Shown: positions 50,211 through 63,170 of the stretch, piece after piece
How positions within the stretch are numbered: position 1 is the stretch's first letter
How the letters are laid out: every line of letters starts with the position of its first letter
DNA from: Raja brachyura
Taxonomy: Eukaryota
DNA length: 64,000 bases
Reading direction: 5' to 3'
NCBI GenBank assembly: GCA_963514005.1
Contig: OY740814.1
Location: 10,168,001 to 10,232,000 of the forward strand
Notes under the pieces: model-generated
Told to the model about the DNA's origin: nothing
Seen by the model: only the letters and a program-made list of their open reading frames with translations
The model's database searches: none
Position numbers and translations under genes: made by a program

Positions 50211-52924
50211 GTGAGTTAAAATGTAAACAAATTATGACCAGTGTGATTTTTCAGTTAACAATAACATTTACTAGATAATAGTTGTGGTTTGTCTTGGATC
50301 AAAAGTTGGAATAGGGATGCAATAACCTCCATCGTAATGGGGGATATTGTAGAGGTAGGCGATCAACATTGATTTTGATCAATGGCATGCAGGGACAAAG
50401 GGACTGATGGCCGACTCCTGGTCCTATTTAACAGAACAGTAACTGGCTCATTGGCCCACAATGTTTGTGCTGAACACGATGCATAGTTAAACTGATCTCA
50501 TCTGCCTGTACATGATACATATCCCTCTATTCCCAGCACTCCATGTGCCTATCTAAAACGCCACTATCGTATCTGCCTCCACCACCACCTCTGGCCATGC
50601 GTTGCTGCCCCCGCCACTCTCTGTGTAAAAGAATTACTTGCCTCGCATATCACCATTTAACTTTCCCCCTTTCACCTTATTGCTATGCCCTCTAGTGTTG
50701 GACATTTCCATTATGGGGAAAAAGGTTCTGACTGTGAATCAGAACCTGACAATGATAACCTATTTCTTATGTTCTAATGCTGTTGCTCACATGAATAGCA
50801 ATCCTTACCTCCAAAACCCTAGTTTGCTTTTGCTTTCTCCCAGGATTACACTTCCCTTCACTTTATATAACTGTAATTATGACTGTACCCAAGGCACTTT
50901 TTTGATCACTGTTATCAGTTTTGAGAAATTATAGCAGTATGTGGCAACTATGGGGATTGAAAGTAAAAATAACCTTTTGAATTTGTAACACACCATGTAG
51001 AACATCTTCAAGCGTTTACTGTTACTGATCCCACTAGAAATGCTGTTCTATCATAACAAAGTTATTACATTTATGTGGCGTCCCAGCTGATTAATATTGA
51101 ACTCTAGACCAGCAGCTCAATCATGTTCATTCCAAGTGCATTAGTCTGCTTGTGTTTTCAATGTTTTATTTTGTGCTACAGGAAAGTGTGGTGTTGGAAT
51201 AGAACAGGGATTGGGACTAATTGGATAGGATTTTCAAGAAGTTTGCAGAAATCTAGTATCTGGAAAAAATGGAAAAATGAAATGGAAAATCCATGATATA
51301 AAAATGCCTCATGAGGAGAACAATCGTCAACATGAACAATGCAGGAAGCAGAACCTCCCTTCACTTTGCTTTTCCTTCATTCGGTTCGAGCTGGTTCCTG
51401 ATTAGACATATTGAATGTAGCAGTGCTTTTCCTTCTCTCATGATTTGTGCTGTCGTCATCAGTGACTCCTATCATATATCAAAACTTACTGAGGCTATTC
51501 TAGGGAAGTTGTGGCATTCTGCAGGGTGAATTCCAATCTTGTGCTTTTTGCTGAACAAGAACTTGCTTTTATGTCGGTTCAAGGGCTATAGGAAGTTTTG
51601 TGGTTTTCCTTTTTTTTATTTTGATATTATAAATATAGCTGTGATTTATCCATTAATATTATTTGATTGTTGGTTTTCCAGAGAAAGCATTGTTACATTA
51701 AATAGAAGGAAATGTTATTTCAGCCGTCAATGGTCAAGTGAATGGAATCTAAGGCTTGAGTTGCAGAGAATCACACAAAGCTTTTATTTTTCTTGACTGC
51801 CCCATTAAGTTATAGCTCAAACATTTCTCAGCATCCATGTGTTGCTTTCAGTTGCCAAGCAGCTCTGTTCCTGGGCCAGCTGTTCCCTCCTAGTTTGAAA
51901 GTGCCTATTTGTTGTTTGGTGTAAATGTGCCTGACATCTGGAATTTGCTAGAAGGGAAATAACACTATATCCAGCTGCACTGGATGACACAGCATTGTGT
52001 TGTCCCAACATGTTACTCAGACGCGTGCATACTTGCCAACTCATCCATTTAAGGTAAGCACACTCAATGTTCACCCGTGGAAAACACTATGTAAAATTAC
52101 ATAATACCATTTTTTACCAATGATTTTTACCTCTAAACAAATGAAAGATTGGTAACTCTCCCAATCTTTCACAATTTGTATTTTTATCTTTTCTATGTAA
52201 TTTTCTGAATTTTATCAACTATTTCCTCATTCCATTTCTCACTGTTACAATAACTCCAGCTACTGCTCTCTGCCTGAGTCTACACAGTGTTCTTTTACCT
52301 TGCAACTTATTGCTGATGTCTTCCTGTTAAATCCAAAGATACAGTCCAGAATTGTACCAAGAGATGATTGCCAATGTTTAGAGGCTGACCTTTGAGGATG
52401 GATCACATATAGATACAGAAGAAGCATGGGACAGTGAGGCTCATTTGGAGGGATTGAGAGTTGGCAACTCAAGCAGCAGAGACAGAGCATAATTTTATTT
52501 TATTTTGTTTTTTATTTTTTATTTTTCTATGGATGTATGAAAACTTATTTATTTTATGTAAAGCACTTTGGTTTCAACACGAGTTGATTTAAACGTGCTA
52601 TATAAATAAAATGTACTTACTTACATAACTAGTGTACCGTATAACAACATTAGACGGGAAACAAGAGAGTGCGTGTAATCACCACAGGATATCCCAGACC
52701 ACTGTAAGATGTTTTTCACTGTATATCAGCAACTGTGGCAATAATAAACCCATGCCAATTTCAAGCTTTTGACAAGGTCCAGCATGATAGGATAGTCCAG
52801 AAGGTTAAGGTGCATGGGATCCAAGGCGAACTAGCTCATTGGCTTCAAAATGACCGTGCAGTGCACAATGGCAGAGGGATGCTTTTCTGATTGGAATTCT
52901 GTGACCAATAGTACACCACGGGAT

Positions 52925-53600
52925 CCTGACCTCCACCATGAAGAGGCCAGACGTCAGCTCTCGACACCTCCTCATTTGTGCACCTTGACCTTGAATCTCT
53001 TAAATCTTCACAGATCGTATCTCTTCTGGCAATCTCCCCTCCACAGCTTCTAACCTTATAGTTACCCAACTCCATACTTCCTGTTTCTATCTCCTTCCCA
53101 AAATCCACAAACAAGACTGCCCTAGCTGGTTCATTATTTCTTACTCTGACCATTTTGCCAAGCACTTGCACTTTATCTGTCAAGGCCTGCTGAAGCTCCA
53201 GGTTGCTAACTATTCTAACTCTGATTCCCATTCCCATACCAACCATTTAGTCCTCAGCTTCTTCCACTACCAGAGTGAGGCCATATGCAAACTGGTAGAA
53301 CACCAACCTATATTCTGCTTAGTTAGCCTACAACTCAATGGCATGATCATTGAATTCTCCAATTTCAAGTAGAGTCCACAATTCCCCCTCTCCCCCCACC
53401 TTCTTATTAACCCACCCCCCTGCCATGTGCACAACTATTTCCCATTACCCTAGTCACCCTATTCCTTGCCCCCTTCCTGCTGCTCATTCCCCACTCTCCT
53501 TACTGAGCCTTCCACTTCCCTTTTATCCCCTCTGCCTCTTCTGCTCACTATTCCTCCCTCCAGCTTTACATTTTATTCCCTTTTCTTCCTGACATCCTTT
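52925..53600 (+). mobile_element. Penelope-like fragments inside a CR1 remnant (52765-53730)
   Basis: LPKIHKQDCP (RT start) joined to KLVEHQPIFCL..LQLNGMIIEFSNF (ORF end). Confidence 0.7.
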
Positions 53601-56267
53601 TGTCCTAATTTCACCTCTGACATAAAATATAAGAATTGGGACATTATGTTGCAACTTTACAAACCATTGGTCGCAATAATGTCACCATGGACATGGTGGG
53701 CCAATAGGACTGTTTCTGTGCTCTATGATACAGGAAAAGAGAATCATTAATTCAGCTGCATGTAAGGGAAGGGACATTTTATCCTGTGATTAGTTAGACA
53801 CAGGGAATGGAAATAAGTTGACTGTAGGAATCTTCAAAATCATTTTGAGGAGCAACCTACTGATGTTGCACAGATGGGATCAGTTCCCATTCTTGTCCTT
53901 TGTACTTTTAATGGTCTTTGTGATATTGAGTTAAATATGCCGTTCACACCAAAGCACTGGAAAAGCCAATGGTCAGCTGGAAATCCAGCCCTGGGTTGAA
54001 TCCAAGCTATGTGATCATATTCTTGTCCTTAAACAAGAATTTCATACTTCACCAGTAAACTTGGTAACATTTAAAGAAAATATAGAAAGCTAGACAATAT
54101 TGGATACAATATTGGATAATGCTGAGATTATTTTGCCCTGAGGATGATATGTTTTGAAGCAGAATTACAAATAAAACCAACCGTCTCTTAAGGAGGACTA
54201 AAGTCCAACTGTAGCAAAGATGAGCTTATCTTCAAATGTATTCTCCTTCACGGTTCCCACTGCTGCAAGCTGTTGTCAGATGTTAGCCAAGCAATTGCCA
54301 CAGGAACATAAAATTAAAAACCTTCAACACCCCTAATCCATTTTGGTAGTTTTTCCTCTTTATCTATCATTAGTGGAATAATCATGCCTCTCTAGCCAAG
54401 AAGAGGTTAGGTTGTTCCCCAGGGCCTACATTCTTTTTCCTGGTTTCCTCTGCCTCCTCCCAAACTCGCCTCCCACACCGCTACCTCCCTAGTTATTTAT
54501 CAGGATAACGTTATATGGACTGGGTTATAGCAACAGCAGGCTGGAGAGCACACAAGAGACTGCAGATGCTGGAATCTGGAGCAACAGCCAATCTGCTGGG
54601 GGAAGCCAGCTGGTCATTTGTGGAGGGAGATGGACAGAAAATATTTCGGATTGAGACATTTCATCTGGACTGCGAGGGGAGCGGAGATAGCTGGTATAAA
54701 GAGGCGAAGGGGAGGGATGAGGCAAGCGCTGCCAGTGACAGGTGTATTGAGGTGAGGAGTGGTTGATTGGCAATGGAGTCAGGAAAGGGAGATGGATATA
54801 GTGACACCTGAGAGGTGGATGAAATCTGATAGGAAAGCAGGTGAAGCATGATAACAAGGTGGGGGAGTGGGGGGGTACGGTGGGCCAAAGGGACCAATAT
54901 TGCGAGGGGACCCCATTTCTTCCCCACTCTGCATTTCCTCCAAAGCTTGAGTTCCTTTATTTTGAATTATGGACCCATTGTTATTTTGAACGTTACAGTT
55001 CAATCTGCTTCCACCACTTTTTCAAAGTGCATTCCGAATCATAGAAAATTGTTGTGCTAAAGATTTTCTTTTGATCCTGTCTGTTTCTTCTGCCACATTT
55101 TATAACTTTCGTGAAAATAAAACCCACTCATAAGGAGTTATCTTAGTTCAAATCATATGTCCTTGCCACGTGAAGTCCCATGTTTTTCCTTTCGCTCCTG
55201 TTGTGAGCGAGTTATATGATTCAGTTTATGGATCAGTTTCGCTGATGGGTTCTGGCAATTCACTCTGGCCTGAGATTTCTAATGGTGTAAGTATCATTGC
55301 AAGCTGTGTACTGCGCTCAGTGTACCAGCCAAGATTGCTTTATGGGGTTATGCATATCAGATGTGCGAGATCTCGTTAAAACAATGGAAAGAATCGAGGA
55401 TGCAAGTACCCCCACAAACTACAGTATTGGTGAGTCAAAATAAACGTTAAAACGAACAAGAGAATTATAGCGAACTGAATGGTTTGATGAATCTATGAAC
55501 CTATGAATCAAAGAATGCAGTATAATTTTGTCTGAACATTGGTGATGGCAAACACACAACAGAAACATGTCTGTGGACTCTTAGTCCTAGAAATTTGACT
55601 CTACTGCTAACTGCTCTGGAATTACAATGGAGAAAAAACCCTTAGCAGTTTGGCTCACACCTTGACAGTGTCAAAAACTGTGAGAAAGGTAGTGATCGAC
55701 TGAACAGGGTGGAAACAGCCCACTTGAATGGGCAAGTGTAAAGCTGAAGGAGTTTAAAGCTGAGAAAAGTGAGGTGATGAATTTTGTCGGAAGAATGAGG
55801 AGAGGCAACATAGAATCACAGATAACCCTTGTTATAACCGGACCATGGGGGGTGTTGCGGAATTGGCGATTGTCCACTATAACCGAATAAGAGATTCCTG
55901 AGTAATAGAGTTTGCACAAGTAGTAGAAACAAAGAACCGCAGATGCTGGTTACTACACAAAAATAAAAGTGCTGGAGTAACTCAGCCGGTCAGGCAGCCT
56001 CTCTGGAGAACATGGATAGGTGTCATTTCAAGACAAGACCTTCAGAGGGTCGATTGTAATGATACTGTTCTACTAGGATATGGTGCAGGGGGGGTCCGTG
56101 AGTGCAGATGCATAATTCATTGAAAGTGGCAGCAAAACACAAAGTGCTGCAGGAAAACAGTTTGTCAGGCAACATTTGTGGAGGAAATAAATAGGGAACA
56201 TTTTTGTTGAAACTCTTCTGAAAGTGAGTGGGTTGAGGCAAGAGCTGTATGCAATAGGTGGATCCTG

Positions 56268-57380
56268 GTGACGAGGGGTAGATTGACGGATAGAGAACTG
56301 GTTGGGAGACAGGAAGCAAAGAGTAGGAATTAACAGGTCCTTTTCAGAATGGTAGGCAGTGACTAGTGGGGTGCCGCAAGGCTCAGTGCTGGGACACCAG
56401 TTGTTTACAATATATATTAACGATTTAAACAAGGGAATTAAATGTAATATCTCTAAGTTTGCGGATCACACAAAGCTAGGTGGCAGTGTGAGCTGTGAGG
56501 AAGATGCTATGAGGCTGCAGGGTGTCTTGAATAGGTTGGGTGAGTGGACAGAATCGTGGCAGATGTAGTACAATGTGGATAAATGTGAGGTTATCCACTT
56601 TGGTGGCAAGAACAGGAAGGCAGATTGTTATCTGAATTGTGTCAGATTAGGAGAAGGGGGGGTGCAAAGAGACCTGGGTCTGCTTGTACATCAGTCACTG
56701 CAAGGAAGCATGCAGGTACAGCAGGCAGTGAAGAAAGCCAGTGGCATGTTGGCCTTCATTGCAAGAGGGTTTAAGTTTAGGAGCAAGGAGGTCATTCTGC
56801 AGTTGTACAGGGCCCTGGTAAGACCGCACCTGGAGTATTGTATGCAATTTTGGTCGTCTCATTTGAGGAAGGACATTATTGCAAAAGAGGTAGTGCAGCG
56901 TAGGTTCACCAGGCTTGGTGGGACTGACCAAGTCAGGGATGGTGGGACTGACCTATGATGAAAGAATGGGTCGACAGGGCTTGTATTTGCTGGAATTTAG
57001 AAGGATGAGAGGGGATCATAGAAACATATAAAGTTCTTTACAGGATTGGACAAGGTCGATATAGGAAAAATATTCCCGATGTTGGAGGAGTCCAGAACCA
57101 GGGTCACAGTTTAAGAATAAGGGGTAGGCCATTTAGGACTGAGATGAGGGAAAACCTTTTCACCCAGAGTTGTGAGCCTGTGGAATTCAATACCACAGAA
57201 GGCAGTGGAGGCCAATTCACTGGATGTTTTCAAGAGAGAGTTAGATTTAGCTCTTAGGGCTAAGTGAATCAAGGGATATGGCGAAAAAGCCGGAACGGGG
57301 AATTATTTTGGTTGATCAGCCATGATCATATTGAATGGCGATGCTGTCACGAAGGGCAGAATCACCTACTCCTGCATGTA
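56268..57380 (+). mobile_element. CR1-clade LINE 3' fragment
   Basis: ORFs SGVPQGSVLG..KFAD and DKCEVIHFG..RPHLEYCMQFW; 3' UTR like that of 11153-12094. Confidence 0.92.
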
Positions 57381-57554
57381 TGAAGTGATGAAAAGGGTGG
57401 AGATAGTGAAGTGAATGGTGCAGGTAACAGGACTGCAGAGGATAGACTTTGATGGGAAAGGAGGATGGAATGTGGGACCAAATAAGGGAGGTGGGTTGTA
57501 CCGATGGGAACAGTGAGAGAGGGGACCTGATGTGAGCAAGGTGTGGGTGAGAGG

Positions 57555-58560
57555 CACATCATTCTTTGAGATTTCTGCCAGCTACAAAATGATCCCACTA
57601 TCAGGCAAATTTTCTCTCCCTGACACTTTCTGCTTTCTGAAGGGACCACTCTCTCAGTGACTCCCCGGTTCACTCATCCCTTCCTACCCATCCTTCCACC
57701 AGATACTTTCCTGTGTAACCACAAGGAGGTGAAACATCTATACCGACACCTTCACCGACATCCGGGGACCCCCACAGCACTTCCAGGTGATGCAGAGATT
57801 CATATTCATCTCCTTTAACCCCATCTAGGATCACCTTGGATTAGGTGATCCAGATGTGGCAACCGCCCTCCCATTCCCATACCGTCTATCCTCAACCTCC
57901 TCTGCAGCCAGATTGAAACCAAGCACAGAGGATCAGCACCTCACATTCCTCAGTTGTCTAACACCTGACTGCATGAACATTGCAATCTCCAATTTTAGGT
58001 AACCTGCCTACACTTGGTCACTCTCTTCCCCCTATTTATCTATCCACCTCCTCCTGCAGGTATCCTTTTTTCCCACAAACACCCTCTTAGCTCTGTTTCT
58101 TCTGCACCCATTCTGCCTGCCCATCTCCCTGGTACAGGTAATATGCCATAGACTTTCCTCCTTCAGTCCATATTTCTACATATTCCTCCCATTGGATCTG
58201 CTCCCCCCCACTGTTCCCATCCAACCTCCTTATTTGGTCGCACAATCCACACTTCCTTTCCCATCAGATTTCCCCATCTGCAGCCGCTAGTTACCTCTTC
58301 CATTCAAGTCCCAGTCTCTGGCACTATCCACATCTCCTTCAAACTCACTCTGTTCACCAATCTTCTGCTCCTCACCTAGATTCACCTCTTGCTTACCAGC
58401 TCTTGTTCCATCCATCCCCACCCCCCTCACATTGTTATATCTTCCCTCCACTCAATCAGCCCAGATGAAGGGTCTCAACCCGAAGTGTTCTCTGTCCATT
58501 GCCTTACCTGCTGCGTTCCTCCAGCAATTTGTTCTTTACTCCAGACTCCAGCATCTGTGC
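57555..58560 (+). mobile_element. Penelope-like element 3' remnant
   Basis: DPTIRQIF and FQVMQRF segments, ORF-end consensus, pyrimidine-rich UTR and pLTR tail. Confidence 0.75.
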
Positions 58561-60229
58561 CTCTTGAGTCTTCGCTCAATTGAAGAGCCTTCAAAATATA
58601 TGTATTAAGCAATTGTATTTCTCGGCCTTTTTAAGAAATAGCAACTTCAATCTACACTTTGTACAGGTAATATGCCATAGACTTTGCTCCTCCAGCCCAT
58701 ATTTCTGCACAGAATGTCATCACTTTACAGCAGTGGTTGTCTGGTAATGCAGTGGCAGTCGAGGTAATGTGGGGCCACATTGTCAAACACCTTCAGGCTG
58801 AGAACAAAGTGATAAATTCTTGACTTATTTCCAAGTGGATGGATTTTAAAAGCGGCCTTTTCAGCATAAATACCAAAGTGCAAATTGTTAGCTATACATA
58901 AATCTCAAATGGGAAAAAAATATTTTAAAGTAGAAAATTGAAACACATCTCTTACTGCAAACAAACGGCGAAATTAGTGCATCCACCGTGTATTAATGAA
59001 ACGATCCTAATTTTCATCTTGCACTATTTTATCAAAAATACCATTTGACGCAGCGATTTCGCCATTTCACAGATTTTCATATTTTGTGCCATCTTTATTC
59101 CTGCTTTAAAAACAATAACAATGTGTGAAGAATGTGTTCTGTGCAGTTGCTTACATAATTCGTTGTCAATGACCATTTGAACTCGAGCGTTTCTGAAGGT
59201 TTAATGATCATACATGCTTGTCTGCTCCAACTTTTCATCATGAAGGTCGAGTCAAGACTGCCTGCCTCGCTCACAGTGAGTGAAATATGGGGAGAAACTA
59301 GTGAATGTGCCCACAGGACAATTTTATCAGTATTTGCTTTGACGACCATACATCAAAAACATACCAGCTGTCAGTTTGGGCAGGGAGAAAGCAAATAGCA
59401 AATTATTAACTTTGATATGTGAATGGTTTGTTCCAAGTATTTTTGGCTACCAGCCAGAATACCCTGTCAGGTTGATAAGTCACTTCAGAATGGTATAAAA
59501 AAAACAAGCTGTCATACAGTTTTTTCTTCACTTCCAACACGAAGCTTACTTGTGTACTTAAAGACCGCATTTTACTAAAACACCACGCAATCGGAAACTG
59601 TCAGTTGCTGTGAGATCTCATGTTGCTCAAGGATAATTCCTTGACAACTTTCAGTCAGTTACTGGGACTTCTGTAATATTTCTCCCAATTCCAGATAAGA
59701 AACTTGGTACCATTCAAGACAAAGCACCCCACCTACCACCCGAAACATTCACTCCTTCCATCACCAGTGCCCTGTGGCTGCGATGTGTACTGTCCACAAA
59801 ACGCACTGCACTTAATCACACAGGCTATTCTGACAGCACCTCCCAAGCCCATAATCTCTGCAAGCAATAAGGCAAACAGCAGCAGGAGCATGGTAATACT
59901 ATCTTCAGAGTCCCCTCCAGATCCCACGCCATCATAACTTGGACATTTTTCACCAGCACTTCATTGTTACTGATTCGAGCATCTGAAAGTCCATCATAAC
60001 AACCTTGTTTAGGGCAATAAGTGATTGATCTGAAAGACATGCCCATACACTGTGCAATACTATTGCTGTTGAAGTATATCTCAACCATTTACTTATGAGG
60101 ACACTTCTCAGCTCTCAAAAACATAAATCTTTAAAGACTGATGCTTATGTTAAAAAAATGTGCAGGTAAATAGAATGTCCATCCTTACGAGAAGGCTTCT
60201 GAAAAGTGCAGAGGAGATTTATCAGAATT

Positions 60230-60376
60230 AGGCAAAAAATGCTGGAGAAACTCAGTGGGTGAGGCAGCATCTATGGAGAAAAGGAGGAGGTGATGTTTCG
60301 GGTCGAGAAACATCGCCTACTCCTTTTCTCCATAGATGCTGCCTCACCCACTGAGTTTCTCCAGCATTTTTTGTCT
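60230..60376. repeat. 70-bp inverted repeat with 7-nt loop, made of two pLTR tails
   Basis: Arms 60230-60299 and 60307-60376 are 67/70 complementary. Confidence 0.95.
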
Positions 60377-61139
60377 GCTTTCGGTTTTTCCAGTATCTGC
60401 AGTTCCTTCTTAAAGTTTTTTCAGAATGGTGCCTTTATTAGGGAGGCAAATCCGACAATGGTATCTACAGATTATATCTATAGAGAGGTCCCCTGCTATG
60501 TATCACATGGATTATCATAACCGGCATCCTCCTGAATTGCCTCCTCATAGTGACTGAAGAACTATTCTTTGAACCGCATCGTGGCCATGAGGCACAGTGG
60601 GTGTGACCATCCGCACATGTCAAAGCCACTGGATGTGCATTCAGTAAAGTCCTCACACCATCACTCAAAAGATAATGTAGCATCCTCCACAAACCAGAAT
60701 GCTCACAGTGCCCTGTGTTATTGTCAGTTGGAACTTGTATTCACCTGTACATACCATGTGGACATCTCCCTGATTTACTGATTTTAAGTTCTGAAACTCC
60801 ATCCAAACAAACCTGTTTAGGACATTAAATGTTCGATTTGCCAGACATGCAAATTAATTGGTTGTCATTTGAGGCGTTGCATGAAATAGGAGGAAAAAAT
60901 ATTTGCATTTATCATATGTTGTCAAAATGTCTCAAAAGTCTTCTCAATTAATAACTTTTGGATTGCAGTGAATATGTAGGAGGTATTACTATTTCATTAA
61001 TAAAATTGTAAAATAAATGTTGCATCAGTACCTGTCCTATTTATATGTACAGAGGATATAGGAGTAGGTTACCAGCACCTCAAGCCTGCCCCGTCATTCA
61101 ATTATGGTCGTGGCTGATCATACTATTGGCAAAGGGGGG

Positions 61140-61695
61140 GAAACTGGAGCCGCTAAGTGAACACCTCCACTCAGTCTGCGTGAACCTACCTGCTTTCCCG
61201 GTTGCTGGGCACTTAAACTCGCCCAATGTGAAGTGCTGTTCCTCCAATTTGCACTGGGCCTTGCTCTAACAAATTGGAGGAACAGCACTTCATATTTTGC
61301 TTGGGCAGCTTACACCCTAGCGGAATGAACATTGACTTCTCTAACTTCAAGTAACCTTTGTATTCCCTCTCCATCCCTCCCCCTTCCCAGTTCTCCGATC
61401 AGTCTTACTGTCTCCAACTACATTTAATCTCTGTTTGCTTTGTTGTTACCTTCTCCCAGCTAACAATGATCTATTCTACATTTTCCTTGATCTGCATTCC
61501 CTTTGCCCTGTTTTCACACCTTCACGCTTCCATATCTATCTATTTCCCTCCCCCCTGACATCAGACTGAAGAAGGGTCTCGAACCGAAATGTCACCCATT
61601 CCTTCTCTCCAGAGATGCTGCCTGTCCCTCTGAATTACTCCAGCATTTTGTGTCCAGCTTTGGTTTAAACCACCATCTGCAGTTTCTTCATACAC
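61140..61695 (+). mobile_element. Penelope-like element 3' end and pLTR
   Basis: KLEEQHFIFCLGSLHPSGMNIDFSNFK*, then CTGAAGAAGGGTCTCGAACCGAAATGTC..AGAGATGCTGCCTG. Confidence 0.82.
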
Positions 61696-62689
61696 ATTTC
61701 GGCTGCTAAGTTAACATTCAGGAATCTATTACATTTATTATATGGGGTAAACTTTGATTTCTTGTCTGTAGGGCAGCATTTCCAACAACGTTGAACTCAC
61801 TGAAATGTTGGTCACGATCAAGTAGTCATAAGCTGCAGTGGGTCTTCAACTCTGATTTAGACAAAGCTGCTGTCAACCATGCCAAGTTGCCACTTGTTAT
61901 CTCTCCAATTAAAGCTGTCCGCTGAACTCTCATTTCTTTGCCATCATATGATGTCTTTTTTCAGATTCAGTTCCTTTTAAAATAGTTTATTATTCTTCCA
62001 AAAGCAATTAAAAAAATTATTGGTTGAAAACATTATCCCTCAATCTGTCCTGTTACAGTGTCTGTTGCATTAAAAATTCCAACTTGCATAACACTTATAG
62101 TATTTTACTTGTGCTTAAATAACATATTTATAAATACCTCCTTGAAAATCCCTGGGCTAATTCCTTGTTGTCGCAGAGCAGAAGCTGCCTCTGCATAAAT
62201 TATTTTAACAGAGGTGGCCATCATGCACTAGATACCACAGATACTTGCCAGGGTAAAGGTGTGGATCAAAGGCAAGTGGTCTAAGCCCTGTATGGACGCC
62301 TGCCCATTCACCCCTTTGTGCATGTATACATGCATCACAGATCCCTAACTACATGTGTATATGTGCTCTTCAACAAACTCCCTGCTACAACTCTCACATA
62401 ACCCCAACCCTCCATCGATCATATCATCCTTCTCAATCTCCTTTCCCCCTCCAACTCCTTGTATATTCTTTCTCCTCTCTGTACTTCCTGCCTCTGCCCT
62501 TGCAACTACACCTTTCCAATGCCACCCGTACCCTCTAATAGGCTGTCAAGCCACTAGACTTTCGCTCCAGTGATGGAGTAATTCCTCTGACATCCAGCTT
62601 GTGCCCATTTTATTCAATGCTTGGGGCATGAATCAGGGAGAACCTCGTCAGCAAGTCCACAGATTACATCTCCAAAAACTGTACTTCAA

Positions 62690-63170
62690 GGATAAGTAAG
62701 GATGAAGTATGTTCAAACTGTTAAAAGCAAGAAGGGAGGAAATTGCGGTGGCTATGACTACAAGTTCTCAATCCTCCCTGGCTACAGGAGTAACACCAGA
62801 GGATTAGAGGAGTGGTAAATTATAGCTTGTTGAAAGAGGAAGGGAGAAGCCAAATAATTGCAAACCAGTTAGTTTAACATCAGTAGAAATAGGTTTTTGG
62901 AATCTATTGTGAAGGCAGTTCAAACCGTCATTTGGAAAGGCACAGATTAATCAAGCATGTTCGACAGTGTTTTTATAAGAGACAGTTATGGCTAACTATT
63001 GAATTTTTAATAAGATAACAGCAGGGGTCGGTGACAGCAGTGGATTTGCAGTGGTCAATGTAGATTTTAGCAAGGCTTCTGATAAAGTCTTAACATGAAC
63101 AACCTGGACAAAAAATGTAAAATCCCACAAAATCGAAGGGAGAACTGCAAATTAGACCCGTGAATTGGCT
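62690..63170 (+). mobile_element. Decayed CR1 RT fragment
   Basis: PEDxR, PVSLTS and DFSKAxDKV motifs recognisable. Confidence 0.7.

Noticed and set aside
51150-51240. Acceptor-like TTTTGTGCTACAG|GAAAG as the next ARNT2 exon
   Set aside because: The phase-1 reading stops after about 15 codons, does not resemble the expected GQFQ..VW.QWQ segment, and looks like a CR1 3' remnant.
54094-54119. ACAATATTGGAT tandem duplication
   Set aside because: Ordinary short slippage duplication.
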